Below are positions 8,830-20,931 of a stretch of 64,000 bases of DNA, in pieces. The stretch covers positions 434,582 to 498,581 of the forward strand of contig JAYRXE010000037.1 of the NCBI GenBank assembly GCA_041917695.1, given 5' to 3'. A model generated the notes under the pieces. It was not told where the DNA came from. It ran no database searches and saw nothing but the letters and a program-made list of their open reading frames with translations. Positions within the stretch are counted from its first letter, which is position 1, and every line of letters begins with the position of its first letter. Made by a program: the position numbers and the translations under genes. The DNA comes from Minisyncoccota bacterium (GTDB lineage Bacteria; Patescibacteriota; Minisyncoccia; UBA6257; GWB1-50-10).

Positions 8830-11124
8830 TTATAGTTTTTTAGCCTTAATGCGTAGCGAATTCGACACGACCGATACGGAAGACATCGCCATGGCAAAGC
8901 CGGCGAAGACGGGATTCAAAACCCATCCAAAAATAGGATAAAACACTCCGGCGGCAAGCGGAATGCCGACGATGTTATAAATAAACGCCCAAAAGAGATT
9001 TTGCTTGATCCCACGCATAGTCATCTTTGAAAGGCGTATTGCCTTTACCAATTTCGAGATATCCCCTCCCAAAAGAGTGATGCCCGCCGATTCTATAGCG
9101 ACATCAGTGCCCGTCCCCATCGCAATCCCCACATCTGCTTGCGCGAGCGCGGGCGCGTCATTCACCCCATCACCCGCCATGACGACCGTTCGCCCACTGC
9201 GCTGGAACGACTGTATTTTTTCCCGCTTATCGTAGGGTAACACGTGGGCAACCACCTCATCGATGCCGACCTGCGATGCGATGTGCTTTGCCGTCCTTTC
9301 ATCGTCCCCCGTAAGCATGACCACGCGAATGCCAAGCGAATGGAGGTCATGAATGGCTTTTTTTGATTCTGGCTTTACTTCATCGGCAACCATGAAAAAG
9401 CCCTGCACCGCTTCGCGAGTGGCGAGAATCACCGGGGTTTTCCCCTGGGCGGCAAGCTCAGTGAGTGCGCCGCGGTCAAAGGAAAGACCCATATCATTCA
9501 TGAGTTCGGCATTACCCGCAAAGTATTCGATATCCTCGACGCACCCCTTCAAGCCTTTCCCGCGAAGACTCTCAAAATCGGAAGCTTCCGAAAGGACTAT
9601 CGCATGCTCTTTCGCATATTCCACTATCGCATGGGCAATCGGGTGTTCTGATTTTTTTTCGAGTGCGGCGATAATCGCGATAAGCTCGCGATCTTTCAGG
9701 GTGGAGAAATTCCGTATGTCCGTGAGCGTCGGCTTACCCTTCGTAATCGTTCCCGTTTTATCCACGATAACCGTGTCCGCCTTGTGGAGCTTCTCAAGCG
9801 TCGGCGCATCTTTGATAAGAATTCCCTCCTTGGCTCCCTTGCCAACCCCCACGATGATGGCCGTCGGCGTTGCAAGGCCGAGAGCGCAGGGGCATGCGAT
9901 GACGAGAATTCCCACGAATGATGTGAGGCCAAATGAAACCGCCTGGGAGAATCCTAAATACCGCGAGCCTATCGTAAGCCACGCAGCCAGGGTTATTAGA
10001 GCAAGGCCTAATACTACCGGCACAAAGACAGCTGAAATCTTATCGGCAAGCGCTTGGATTGGCGCCTTGCTTCCCTCCGCTTCTTCAACCATTTTAATGA
10101 TTTGGGCAAGCAAAGTTTCCGGCCCGACTTTCGTCGCCGTAAAGGTAAAAGATCCAGTGGTATTGATAGTGCCGGAAACGACGCTATCGCCAGTTTTTTT
10201 CTGTACTGGCATGGGCTCTCCCGTAACCATCGATTCGTCAACGAAAGAGCTGCCGGCGGTGATAACGCCGTCTACGGGTATCTTGGCGCCCGGTTTTACG
10301 ATAATTGCATCTCCGTGCTGAACATCATGGATGGGGACTTCGATTTCTTTTCCTCCTCGGATGACCAGCGCCGTCTTCGCTTGGAGCGTAAGGAGCTTTT
10401 CTATTGCGTCGCCAGTTTTTATTTTTGACCTTGCTTCGAGGTATTTACCGAAGGCAATGAATGTAATGACCACGATCGTTACGTCGTAATACTGATACTC
10501 GACGTTTATAGACGGGCGAAGGGCTTCCTCAAAAGCTGTGACGGAAAAACTGTATAAAAAGGCCGCAACTGTTCCGATGCCGATAAGCGTGTCCATATTT
10601 GCCTTGCCGTACCGAAGGAAGCGATACAGCCCCATAAGATACGGCTTCCCCACCACAAAGAGGGCGTAGGTCGCCATCACCGGAAGAAGATGGTGGAAAA
10701 ATTCCTTGATCATCTCCCCCATCTCGGGGGCAAGGCCATAGTACGCAAAAATATCCCAGCCCATAATGAAGGCGGCAATCGCAGCGAGCGGAAGGGCGGA
10801 AAGCATGTTAGCCCTCATGCCCTTTACTTCGGCAAGCTTTTCGCTTTTCGATTGATTCAATCCCATATGCGCCGCATGTTCGCTCTCGGACATCCCCATT
10901 CCCTCAGCGCTAGCAGAAACATCAAGCGAGTACCCTAAGGGTTCGATGTGGCGAGAAAGTTCGTGCGGGTTCGTCACGGCGGGATTGAACGCTACCGTCG
11001 CTTTTTCAGTGCCGAAATTAACTTCAACGGTCTCCACGCCGGGAACTTTCTTAAATGCCTTTTCGATGACTGATGCGCATGAAGCGCAATGCATTCCCCG
11101 TACCGGATATGTCCGTGTATCCAT
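8830..11124 (-). CDS. copA: Copper-translocating P1B-type ATPase
   Basis: An N-terminal HMA domain ([15 protein letters not shown]), the CPC motif in TM6 ([10 protein letters not shown]), DKTGTIT at the phosphorylation site, and [11 protein letters not shown]. Confidence 0.95.
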   Translation of the reverse strand: MDTRTYPVRGMHCASCASVIEKAFKKVPGVETVEVNFGTEKATVAFNPAVTNPHELSRHIEPLGYSLDVSASAEGMGMSESEHAAHMGLNQSKSEKLAEVKGMRANMLSALPLAAIAAFIMGWDIFAYYGLAPEMGEMIKEFFHHLLPVMATYALFVVGKPYLMGLYRFLRYGKANMDTLIGIGTVAAFLYSFSVTAFEEALRPSINVEYQYYDVTIVVITFIAFGKYLEARSKIKTGDAIEKLLTLQAKTALVIRGGKEIEVPIHDVQHGDAIIVKPGAKIPVDGVITAGSSFVDESMVTGEPMPVQKKTGDSVVSGTINTTGSFTFTATKVGPETLLAQIIKMVEEAEGSKAPIQALADKISAVFVPVVLGLALITLAAWLTIGSRYLGFSQAVSFGLTSFVGILVIACPCALGLATPTAIIVGVGKGAKEGILIKDAPTLEKLHKADTVIVDKTGTITKGKPTLTDIRNFSTLKDRELIAIIAALEKKSEHPIAHAIVEYAKEHAIVLSEASDFESLRGKGLKGCVEDIEYFAGNAELMNDMGLSFDRGALTELAAQGKTPVILATREAVQGFFMVADEVKPESKKAIHDLHSLGIRVVMLTGDDERTAKHIASQVGIDEVVAHVLPYDKREKIQSFQRSGRTVVMAGDGVNDAPALAQADVGIAMGTGTDVAIESAGITLLGGDISKLVKAIRLSKMTMRGIKQNLFWAFIYNIVGIPLAAGVFYPIFGWVLNPVFAGFAMAMSSVSVVSNSLRIKAKKL

Positions 11125-11125
11125 G

Positions 11126-11401
11126 TTACTTTCGCTTCAGCTGATAAACCTTTATGATCTCCTCTTTTGCCTTCTTGGTCTCGCCCGATTTGATTTGGCG
11201 AAAAACGCAATGTCCCAGATGATTTTCGAGAAGCAGGTCCTCCACGTTGGAAAGCCCCTGCTTTACGGCTGAGGTCTGGGTGATAATGTCGATGCAATAC
11301 GTGTCCCGCTCGACCATCTTTTGGAGGCCGCGCACCTGCCCCTCCAAAAGCTTGAGGCGACGGCTGATCGAACCCTTCGTTTTTTCGTCCATATATTTCA
11401 T
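11126..11401 (-). CDS. csoR: CsoR/RcnR-family metal-sensing transcriptional repressor
   Basis: A 91-aa protein: [36 protein letters not shown] ... LENHLGHCV. The Cys and His/Cys ligand positions match Cu(I)-sensing CsoR. Confidence 0.85.
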   Translation of the reverse strand: MKYMDEKTKGSISRRLKLLEGQVRGLQKMVERDTYCIDIITQTSAVKQGLSNVEDLLLENHLGHCVFRQIKSGETKKAKEEIIKVYQLKRK

Positions 11402-11410
11402 GCATCCACT

Positions 11411-11428
11411 ATACCCCCCAGGGGGTAT
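11411..11428. promoter_or_regulatory. Putative CsoR operator (GC-rich inverted repeat) just upstream of csoR-copA
   Basis: The palindrome ataccccc-ca-gggggtat sits 10-27 nt upstream of the csoR start codon, matching the TACCC..GGGTA class of CsoR operators. Confidence 0.6.
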
Positions 11429-11477
11429 ATTGCAAGCGGCGTTATCCCCCGTTGCTAAAAAGTGACTGGAGAAAAAT

Positions 11478-11500
11478 AAAAAGCCGCTATAGCGGCTTTA
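11478..11500 (-). terminator. Rho-independent terminator after the epimerase gene
   Basis: aaagccgctatagcggcttt forms a hairpin, with a minus-strand T-run after it. Confidence 0.55.
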
Positions 11501-11511
11501 AAAAGGAGAAT

Positions 11512-12243
11512 CTATTTCACGAGAAGCTCTATTTTCATATCAATGGCTTCATCGCGGACCAAATACAGGCCCTTGTCGGTATTAAACCACGCGGATTCAT
11601 CCAACACCGGCTCAACGCAGACATACTTCTCCGGTGCATCGTTCCAGAAGTATAATTGCGGGGATTCGTTCCTGAAAATCCCATCCACCCTAACATCTAC
11701 TTCCCCGTCTTCCATGCGCACCGTAAAGGAGTCGTGCTTTAGCGGTTCCATTTTAGCTGTATCGGAAAAAGACGCGTCGTAGGCATAATCAAGATCGCCC
11801 ACGCTGCAGACGGCAGCATTCCCCATAAAATAGGGATGGAACCCCACATTTAAAGGCGCGTAGCCGGGCGCCGCATCTTTCCGCTTGAAACCTATGGCAA
11901 GGGAAAGAAAGCCTTCTCTTACTTCATACGTCAGAACATATTCAATGTGCCAGGGGTATCCTCCCATTCCCGCATGGCAATGGAATGTTTTAAGAATAAG
12001 CGCTGTATCGCTTTCACTGACAACCTCCATAGGAAGCTGCCGGAGAAGCCCATGCTTATCCCCCATCGCCGACGAGCCAAACCAGGGTGCGCATATCGGC
12101 ATGCCTCCGCGCATCTTTCCCTTTTCATCCTTCTGATACGGATACAGTATGTCCCTGCCCTTAGCGGAGAACCTTTTCACGGTACCGCCGATTTTTGATA
12201 TCGCGGCTTCAGTCTCTCCGCAACGAATTTTGAATTCTTCCAA
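11512..12243 (-). CDS. Aldose 1-epimerase family protein (D-hexose-6-phosphate mutarotase/YeaD-like)
   Basis: GGMPICAPWFG matches the YeaD-type G(G)IP(I/V)CFPWFG motif, and HGLLRQLPMEV is also present. Size and secondary-structure pattern fit a galactose mutarotase-like fold. Confidence 0.65.
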   Translation of the reverse strand: MEEFKIRCGETEAAISKIGGTVKRFSAKGRDILYPYQKDEKGKMRGGMPICAPWFGSSAMGDKHGLLRQLPMEVVSESDTALILKTFHCHAGMGGYPWHIEYVLTYEVREGFLSLAIGFKRKDAAPGYAPLNVGFHPYFMGNAAVCSVGDLDYAYDASFSDTAKMEPLKHDSFTVRMEDGEVDVRVDGIFRNESPQLYFWNDAPEKYVCVEPVLDESAWFNTDKGLYLVRDEAIDMKIELLVK

Positions 12244-12292
12244 ATCCCCTACCTCGTTTTAATTTATTAAAATTGGTTATTTAACTAAAAAG

Positions 12293-12330
12293 AAAATACC
12301 ACGTATGTGTGGTATTAGTCAAGGTGCTCC
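12293..12330. repeat. Direct repeat copy A (38 bp), an att-like duplicate of the tRNA-Asn 3' flank
   Basis: aaaataccacgtatgtgtggtattagtcaaggtgctcc. It matches copy B at 12844-12881 (aaaataccacttgttagtggcattagtcaagatgctcc) at about 32 of 38 positions. Both contain a short hairpin. Confidence 0.6.
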
Positions 12331-12369
12331 ACGTCTTGGACGGTATTAGAACGAGGATTCATAAGTAAA

Positions 12370-12392
12370 AAGAGGGCATATGCCCTCTTTAT
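12370..12392 (-). terminator. Rho-independent terminator after the island ORF
   Basis: aaagagggcatatgccctcttt forms a hairpin, with a minus-strand T-run after it. Confidence 0.55.
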
Positions 12393-12787
12393 TAATGATT
12401 AGAATCAAAGAATCCTTCGTTAACAGATGTTACTAAGCAATGAACCTTTCCCTTTCCAACATCCGTACCGGTATAGCTCCCTACCCAAAACCCATCTGCA
12501 AACTTATCAAAAGAATAATAAATTGCTGAACGGTCTTTATAACATTTTCGGAAACTCATTTTTTTCTCTGAAATACGGAAATTGTAAATATCAGCTTCGC
12601 CGAATTTATCTTTAATGTAACCACACACAGTATGTTCCGGCTGAACGGTCACCATTCCTTGAAAAAAATGATACGGTAAACTATCTTCTCTTACTACACC
12701 AATTCCCGGCTTGATACCAATACCATATGAAAGAATCTCATTGAAATAGAGGCCTTGTAAGAGGTAAATATACTTATCTTCGCGCAA
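12392..12787 (-). CDS. Hypothetical protein on an AT-rich mini-island between direct repeats
   Basis: A 131-aa ORF whose composition is much more AT-rich than the surrounding genes. It has its own terminator and no recognisable family. Confidence 0.45.
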   Translation of the reverse strand: MREDKYIYLLQGLYFNEILSYGIGIKPGIGVVREDSLPYHFFQGMVTVQPEHTVCGYIKDKFGEADIYNFRISEKKMSFRKCYKDRSAIYYSFDKFADGFWVGSYTGTDVGKGKVHCLVTSVNEGFFDSNH

Positions 12788-12843
12788 TTAAAATACCTTC
12801 TTTCTTTATTTAAAAGTTATTAAAATAGTTTCAAGCTGAAAAC

Positions 12844-12881
12844 AAAATACCACTTGTTAGTGGCATTAGTCAAGATGCTCC
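12844..12881. repeat. Direct repeat copy B, overlapping the 3' end of tRNA-Asn
   Basis: See copy A. The final gctcc is the start of the tRNA-Asn acceptor 3' strand. Confidence 0.6.
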
Positions 12882-12949
12882 CCGGGTAGGATTCGAACCT
12901 ACAACCCGCTCCTTAACAGGGAGACGCTCTACCATTGAGCTACCGGGGA
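12878..12949 (-). tRNA. tRNA-Asn (anticodon GUU)
   Basis: The minus-strand cloverleaf has an acceptor TCCCCGG/CCGGGGA, D-arm GCTC-AATGGTA-GAGC, anticodon loop CTGTTAA and T-arm GTAGG-TTCGAAT-CCTAC. No encoded CCA. Confidence 0.85.
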
Positions 12950-12992
12950 ATGCAAAACCTAGTATAGGAAATACGAGCCTGAAAATCAAATA

Positions 12993-13013
12993 AAAAGCCC
13001 CGCACTGCGGGAC
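12993..13013 (-). terminator. Rho-independent terminator
   Basis: aaagccccgcactgcgggactt forms a hairpin, followed on the minus strand by ttttatttg. Confidence 0.5.
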
Positions 13014-13448
13014 TTAAGCTGAAACCGGCATTTCCTTCCCAATATACTCCATTATCTTTTTTATCACGGAGGCTGCCGAATCATCGGTTGCGCTTATCGG
13101 GAGAACGAAATCCACTTTTGGATGCACTTCCTTTTCCCTGTCTGCAAACTTCGGACCCAGCACCGAAACCCTTATCATCTTCGCATTCCGCTGGGGCTGA
13201 GATACAAATATAAGAAAATCGATGCCGATAAGATCCTCGCGGCTATAGCGGGGATATTTGAAATACGCATGTATCTTCTTATCCTGGCGCATCATGGCAA
13301 GGGCCATTTCCGCCATGTTTTCACGGAAAAAACCTATTTGATCATTAAAAGGGACACTCATCGCGGTCGCGTGCAATTTGGTGATTTCGTCTACCACGCG
13401 CTGGTAAGAGCTCCCATTACTGCCGTTCGTACCGTTGTTTTGATCCAT
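13014..13448 (-). CDS. Hypothetical protein
   Basis: A 144-aa ORF with its own terminator and no recognisable family. The N-terminus is Asn/Gly/Ser-rich. Confidence 0.45.
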   Translation of the reverse strand: MDQNNGTNGSNGSSYQRVVDEITKLHATAMSVPFNDQIGFFRENMAEMALAMMRQDKKIHAYFKYPRYSREDLIGIDFLIFVSQPQRNAKMIRVSVLGPKFADREKEVHPKVDFVLPISATDDSAASVIKKIMEYIGKEMPVSA

Positions 13449-13565
13449 AGCAAACCCTCGTTTCTATGTAATTTATAATTAATTTTACTGCCTCAATTTA
13501 TACAATACCCAAAATCAAATGGCAAACCGCACCGCCTTTTTTCCTTGAAAAACCCCTTCAGGGAG

Positions 13566-13638
13566 GCTATACTGCTTTTTGAAACGCCCCTATAGCTCAG
13601 TTGGTAGAGCACCTGCCTTTTAAGCAGTGGGTCCTTGG
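13566..13638 (+). tRNA. tRNA-Lys (anticodon UUU)
   Basis: GCCCCTA-TA-GCTC-AGTTGGTA-GAGC-A-CCTGC-CTTTTAA-GCAGT-GGGTC-CTTGG-TTCGAAT-CCAAG-TGGGGGC-A. No CCA. A hairpin plus T-run terminator follows at about 13650-13678. Confidence 0.9.
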
Positions 13639-13925
13639 TTCGAATCCAAGTGGGGGCACTAAAACAAAAACACCCTATCCTATAGGGCGTTTTTGCTCGT
13701 GTGCGCACCAAAGAAGATTCGAATAGGAAAGAATTTCCTAAGATTACTAGGAAAACCCAGGGGTAATAAAGCTCATCTTGACAGGCGCCTCAAAAATTGA
13801 AATACTCGTAAACAGCTCGAAAACAATACCGGAAAGGAGGGTACCATCAAAGACATTCCGAAATAACACCTCAGAGAAATATTTAATTAACCTATTTTAA
13901 AAAATCCTAAAAACAGAGAAAACGT

Positions 13926-14129
13926 ATGGGATTGAATAAGAACTTGGCCGCAAAAAATAAGAAGCGGCAATTAAAACGTGCCGAAAGACAGGCATTGGAA
14001 AACGGCGGGAGAAATAGGCGCCGTGAAGACGAATTAAGGAACCAGTTAAATAACTCTCCGAGAGGTGAAGATTATGAGATGCAGGGAGGAGAAAGAGGAA
14101 GGGGGGCAGCGTACCAGGACCCCGACTAA
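13926..14129 (+). CDS. Small Arg/Lys-rich hypothetical protein (67 aa)
   Basis: The ORF lies in an AT-rich intergenic stretch between tRNA-Lys and nrdJ and is followed by a strong bidirectional terminator. It could be spurious. Confidence 0.3.
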   Translation: MGLNKNLAAKNKKRQLKRAERQALENGGRNRRREDELRNQLNNSPRGEDYEMQGGERGRGAAYQDPD

Positions 14130-14144
14130 GGGAAAGGAAGAACA

Positions 14145-14180
14145 GATTTATAAAAACCGCCGAATAGGCGGTTTTTAATT
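14145..14180. terminator. Bidirectional rho-independent terminator
   Basis: aaaaccgccgaataggcggttttta forms a hairpin flanked by A-runs and T-runs on both strands. It serves nrdJ on the minus strand and the small ORF on the plus strand. Confidence 0.6.
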
Positions 14181-14197
14181 TCCTTCTTCTTTCAGTT

Positions 14198-16957
14198 CTA
14201 TGAACACCCTCCCGAGGAATCGCCGCACCCAATGCAGGTAAGGCAGGTTCCCGTGCGGATCATCATGCCGCCGCACTTCTTGCATAACGTCTCGCTCGAT
14301 ACCTTGGCACTACCGGATGATTCAGTACGGGAAGATTCCTCCGTCCGGGCCGCAACTGCGACCGGCGACTTGATCTCTTTAGTCTCAACGAGCGGCTCGG
14401 CCGGGATGAATTGGTGCAAGCCCAACTCGACCAAATCCTCATTTGAAAGGAACCGGGACGCGAGATAGCGGAAAATGTAGTCCAGGATGCTCGTTGCAAT
14501 GCGGATGTTCGCGTTTTCCGTGAATCCGGACGGCTCAAAGCGCGTATAGATGAATTTCTCCACCAGGCGCTTCAACGGAACGCCGTATTGCAGAGCGACC
14601 GAAACGGAAATAGCGAACGCGTCGAGGAGACCAGACAGCGTGCTCCCCTGCTTCGACATCTTGATGAAGATCTCGCCCGGAGTGCCATCTTCGTACATGC
14701 CGTACGTAATGTAGCCGTCGTGCCCCGCAATGGCGAATTTGTGGGTCTCGGAAACGCGCGTCACTGGGAGGCGGTTGCGCGCCGGAACGGCGGCTTCGCG
14801 CGATGCGAGGTCCTTCGTGTCCTTTTTCTTCTGTGCCGCGGTATTCAAGGGCTGGGTTGCCTTCGAACCGTCGCGGTACACGGCAAACGCCTTGATGCCC
14901 AATTTCCAAGCCATCATGTATGCTTCCGCGATTTCCTCTTCGCTCGTTTCATGGGGCATGTTGAACGTCTTCGAGATGGCGCCCGAGATAAACGGCTGGA
15001 CGGCGGCAACCATTTTCACATGGCCTTTCCAGGAAATGGAGCGCGTGCCTTTCGCCGCGCGGACGGCACACTCGAATACCGGCAGATGCTCTTCCTTTAC
15101 GTACGGCGCGCCCTCGATGGTCCCCTGCTCCGAAATATGGGCAAGGATGGCGTCGCGCTCGTCCTTTCCGTAGGCAAGCTTCTCAAGCGCGGCGTCTACG
15201 GAGGCATTCACGATCTTCATCCACCCGCCGCCGACCAACTGCTTCATTTTTACCAGCGAGAAATCCGGTTCGATGCCGGTCGTATCGCAACCCATCATGA
15301 AGGAAATGGTGCCGGTGGGGGCAATGACGGTCGCCTGCGAATTCCTGAAGCCGTGCTCCTCGCCCAAGGCATATGCCTCGTCCCACACTTCCTGCATGGA
15401 CTTTGCGAGCGTGGCATCCTTCAAATGGAACGTATTCACCTGGCGGGACGCGTCGCGGTGCATGCCGATAACGTTCTGCATGGGTTCCTTGTTCACTTCA
15501 TACCCTTCGAACGGCCCTACCCGGCGCGCCAAAAGCGACGAATAGCGGTAGGCTTCGCCGGTCAAAAGAGACGCGATAGCACCGCCCCATGCATGCCCCT
15601 CTTCGGAATCGTAGGGAATTCCCTTCCGCATCAGGAGCGCCCCGAGGTTCGCAAATCCAAGGCCCAGCTCGCGGAAGGCATGCGCATTTGCCGCGATTTT
15701 CGGGGTCGGATAGCTGGAACCGTCAACGATGATGTCCTGGGCGAGGATGAAAACGTCCACCGTATGCTTGAACTCCTTCACCATGAAGGTTCCGTCCTCA
15801 CGCATGAATTTAAGCAGGTTTATTGAGGCTAAATTGCAGGCGGAATCGTCCAAATGCATGTATTCCGAGCACGGATTTGAAGCATTAATACGGCCCGAAT
15901 TGGGGCAGGTGTGCCATTTATTGATGATGGTATCGAACTGGACGCCCGGATCACCGCACTCCCAGGCCGCCTTTGCGATTTCCTTCAAAAGCTCGCGGGC
16001 GCCATACGCCGGCTCCGCGGCATTCGCACCGCCGTGCCGGTAGCTCGTCTTCCACTCTCCGTCCTTCGCGACCGCCTCCATAAAATCATCCGTGATGCGG
16101 ACGGAATTGTTCGCATTCTGAAACTGGATGGAATTCCACGCCTCGTCGTTCAAGTCGGCCATGTTATAGCCCGCATCCATCAATGCGCGCACTTTTTTCT
16201 CCTCTTTCGCCTTCGCCTGAACGAATTCAAGAATGTCCGGATGGTCGATGTTCAGGACGACCATCTTCGCCGCGCGGCGTGTCGTTCCGCCAGACTTGAT
16301 CATGCCCGCCACGGAATCCGCACCGCGCATGAATGAAACGGGACCGGAGGATTTTCCTCCCTGCGAAAGCGATTCGAGTTTCGAGCGCAACGGCGAAAGG
16401 TTGATACCGCTTCCGCTTCCGCCTTTGAAAATCGTTCCTTCGGTTTTAATCCATTCAAGAATCGAACCCATGCTGTCTTCAACGGAAAGAATGAAGCACG
16501 CGGAGCACTGCGGCTTTTCGCGCATGCCGACATTGAACCACACCGGCGAGTTGAACGAGCCTTTTTGATTCACGAGGATGTGCGTCAATTCGTGTTCAAA
16601 CACATTCGCCTGGTTGGCGTCCGCAAAATAACCGAAATCCTCTCCCCACTTTCGAATGTTTTTTACCACGCGGTCGATCATCTGTTTCACGCTCGTTTCG
16701 CGCTCCGGCGTGTTCAGTTTGCCGCGGAAATATTTCGCGGCGGTGATGTTTACCGCGTCTTGCGACCAAAATTCAGGAAACTCGGCGTCTTTTTGTTCAA
16801 AAACGCTGCCGCCGCCGACGGTTGCGTCGCGTTTCACCCATTCGATTTCGTCGTACGGATGCGTGCCTTCACGCGTAAACAGGCGTTTTAACGGAACGGG
16901 CGATCCCATTCTTTTTTTCTTCGAACCTTTTTGCTCAACAGCGCGAACCTGAGACAT
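14198..16957 (-). CDS. nrdJ: Adenosylcobalamin-dependent (class II) ribonucleoside-diphosphate reductase
   Basis: A 919-aa protein with strong similarity throughout to class II RNR. Examples: CSACFI and NLSPLRSK near the N-terminal third, SNPCSEYM at the active-site Cys loop, and a Cys-rich C-terminal tail (CKKCGGMMIRTGTCLTCIGCG). Confidence 0.9.
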   Translation of the reverse strand: MSQVRAVEQKGSKKKRMGSPVPLKRLFTREGTHPYDEIEWVKRDATVGGGSVFEQKDAEFPEFWSQDAVNITAAKYFRGKLNTPERETSVKQMIDRVVKNIRKWGEDFGYFADANQANVFEHELTHILVNQKGSFNSPVWFNVGMREKPQCSACFILSVEDSMGSILEWIKTEGTIFKGGSGSGINLSPLRSKLESLSQGGKSSGPVSFMRGADSVAGMIKSGGTTRRAAKMVVLNIDHPDILEFVQAKAKEEKKVRALMDAGYNMADLNDEAWNSIQFQNANNSVRITDDFMEAVAKDGEWKTSYRHGGANAAEPAYGARELLKEIAKAAWECGDPGVQFDTIINKWHTCPNSGRINASNPCSEYMHLDDSACNLASINLLKFMREDGTFMVKEFKHTVDVFILAQDIIVDGSSYPTPKIAANAHAFRELGLGFANLGALLMRKGIPYDSEEGHAWGGAIASLLTGEAYRYSSLLARRVGPFEGYEVNKEPMQNVIGMHRDASRQVNTFHLKDATLAKSMQEVWDEAYALGEEHGFRNSQATVIAPTGTISFMMGCDTTGIEPDFSLVKMKQLVGGGWMKIVNASVDAALEKLAYGKDERDAILAHISEQGTIEGAPYVKEEHLPVFECAVRAAKGTRSISWKGHVKMVAAVQPFISGAISKTFNMPHETSEEEIAEAYMMAWKLGIKAFAVYRDGSKATQPLNTAAQKKKDTKDLASREAAVPARNRLPVTRVSETHKFAIAGHDGYITYGMYEDGTPGEIFIKMSKQGSTLSGLLDAFAISVSVALQYGVPLKRLVEKFIYTRFEPSGFTENANIRIATSILDYIFRYLASRFLSNEDLVELGLHQFIPAEPLVETKEIKSPVAVAARTEESSRTESSGSAKVSSETLCKKCGGMMIRTGTCLTCIGCGDSSGGCS

Positions 16958-17304
16958 AGCGGTAAAAAACGATAATTGATTTGTTACGAGTTATAGATAT
17001 TCTACTGCCCGAAAAACGTTACGCAATTGACGAAACCTGTGGATAAGCGTTCCCCGAGGACGATTTTACCCCCATAAAATAAGCTCTTTTTCGCCCCCTC
17101 GAAAAACGCTTCATTTTTCTTCAAAGCTTTATTCCACTTTTCCCTCCTTCGGGAGGAAGATGCCGAGCGGAGGATTTTCCCCTCAAAAATACCCACCAGA
17201 AGAAACGAAAAACGTACGCGCGCGCCGCGCGAGGGAACCAACTTTCTTTTTTCCGCACCCGCATACATGCAGACGCGCCGTAACCCGCGATGTTCCACAA
17301 AAAA

Positions 17305-17338
17305 ATAAAAAACCGCCGTGCGGGCGGATTTTTTTCTC
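17305..17338 (-). terminator. Rho-independent terminator downstream of 5S rRNA
   Basis: ccgcccgcacggcgg forms a hairpin, followed on the minus strand by ttttttatttttttg. Confidence 0.55.
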
Positions 17339-17349
17339 CATAAACACTC

Positions 17350-17458
17350 TTGTATGCCGGCGTAGCCTACTTTCCCGGAGCCGAAGCCCTAGTATCATCG
17401 GATACGTACGCTTTCACTTCTCTGTTCGGAATGGGAAGAGGTGGTGCACGTACCTATA
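17350..17458 (-). rRNA. rrf: 5S ribosomal RNA
   Basis: The minus strand reads ...CACCACCTCTTCCCATTCCGAACAGAGAAGTGAAAGCGTACG...GATGATACTAGGG...GGGAAAGTAGGCTACGCCGGCAT, which is 5S consensus. Ends are approximate. Confidence 0.85.
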
Positions 17459-17557
17459 AAACACCGGCAAACAAGAATATTCATGTCGTCCATTTTGAAA
17501 TCAGCTTTTTGAGATAGAAATACTACCGCATATTTTGCATATGCGATTAAAAAAGAA

Positions 17558-20650
<3,093 letters not shown>

Positions 20651-20726
20651 GTATCAACTACGTGTAATCGCATACACTAAAAGTGCGATAGTATTTCTAC
20701 CTCAAAAAACTGATTTCTCATGTTTT

Positions 20727-20755
20727 TTGATATTCAGTTATCAAACGTCAGTCAA
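20727..20755 (-). promoter_or_regulatory. Candidate sigma-70-like promoter for the 23S-5S operon
   Basis: On the minus strand TTGACT, then 17 nt, then TATCAA, about 80 nt upstream of the 23S 5' end. Weak call. Confidence 0.25.
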
Positions 20756-20931
20756 AAAAAATCGCCTCAGGGGAGGCATCGTTGGCTTCGGGCGGACTTC
20801 AATCAGGCCGCTCGGGAAGCGCTATGCCTCATATGTTCGAATCTGATCATCCGTGGAAGTAATCCTAACGCGGACCGGGAGGGCTTGTCAACACCCTCAG
20901 GCGGCTCCCCATGTGGATTTTCCGGGGGTCC

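Noticed and set aside
9005-10428. Plus-strand ORFs within copA (9353-10321 and others).
   Set aside because: They are antisense to copA and have no motifs.
13493-13711. A 72-aa minus-strand ORF overlapping tRNA-Lys.
   Set aside because: It overlaps a well-formed tRNA gene and its terminator and has no coding signal.
13700-13925. A sigma-70 promoter (TTGACA-N17-AATACT) upstream of the small basic ORF.
   Set aside because: The -10 element is poor, and the ORF itself is doubtful.
16958-17300. Possible cobalamin riboswitch in the long nrdJ leader. GGGGAAAATCC resembles the GGTGAAAATCC block of B12 elements.
   Set aside because: The diagnostic B12 box (GCCACTG) and the CCCGC..ACTGT region are absent. 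Class II RNR genes are also not typical B12-riboswitch targets.
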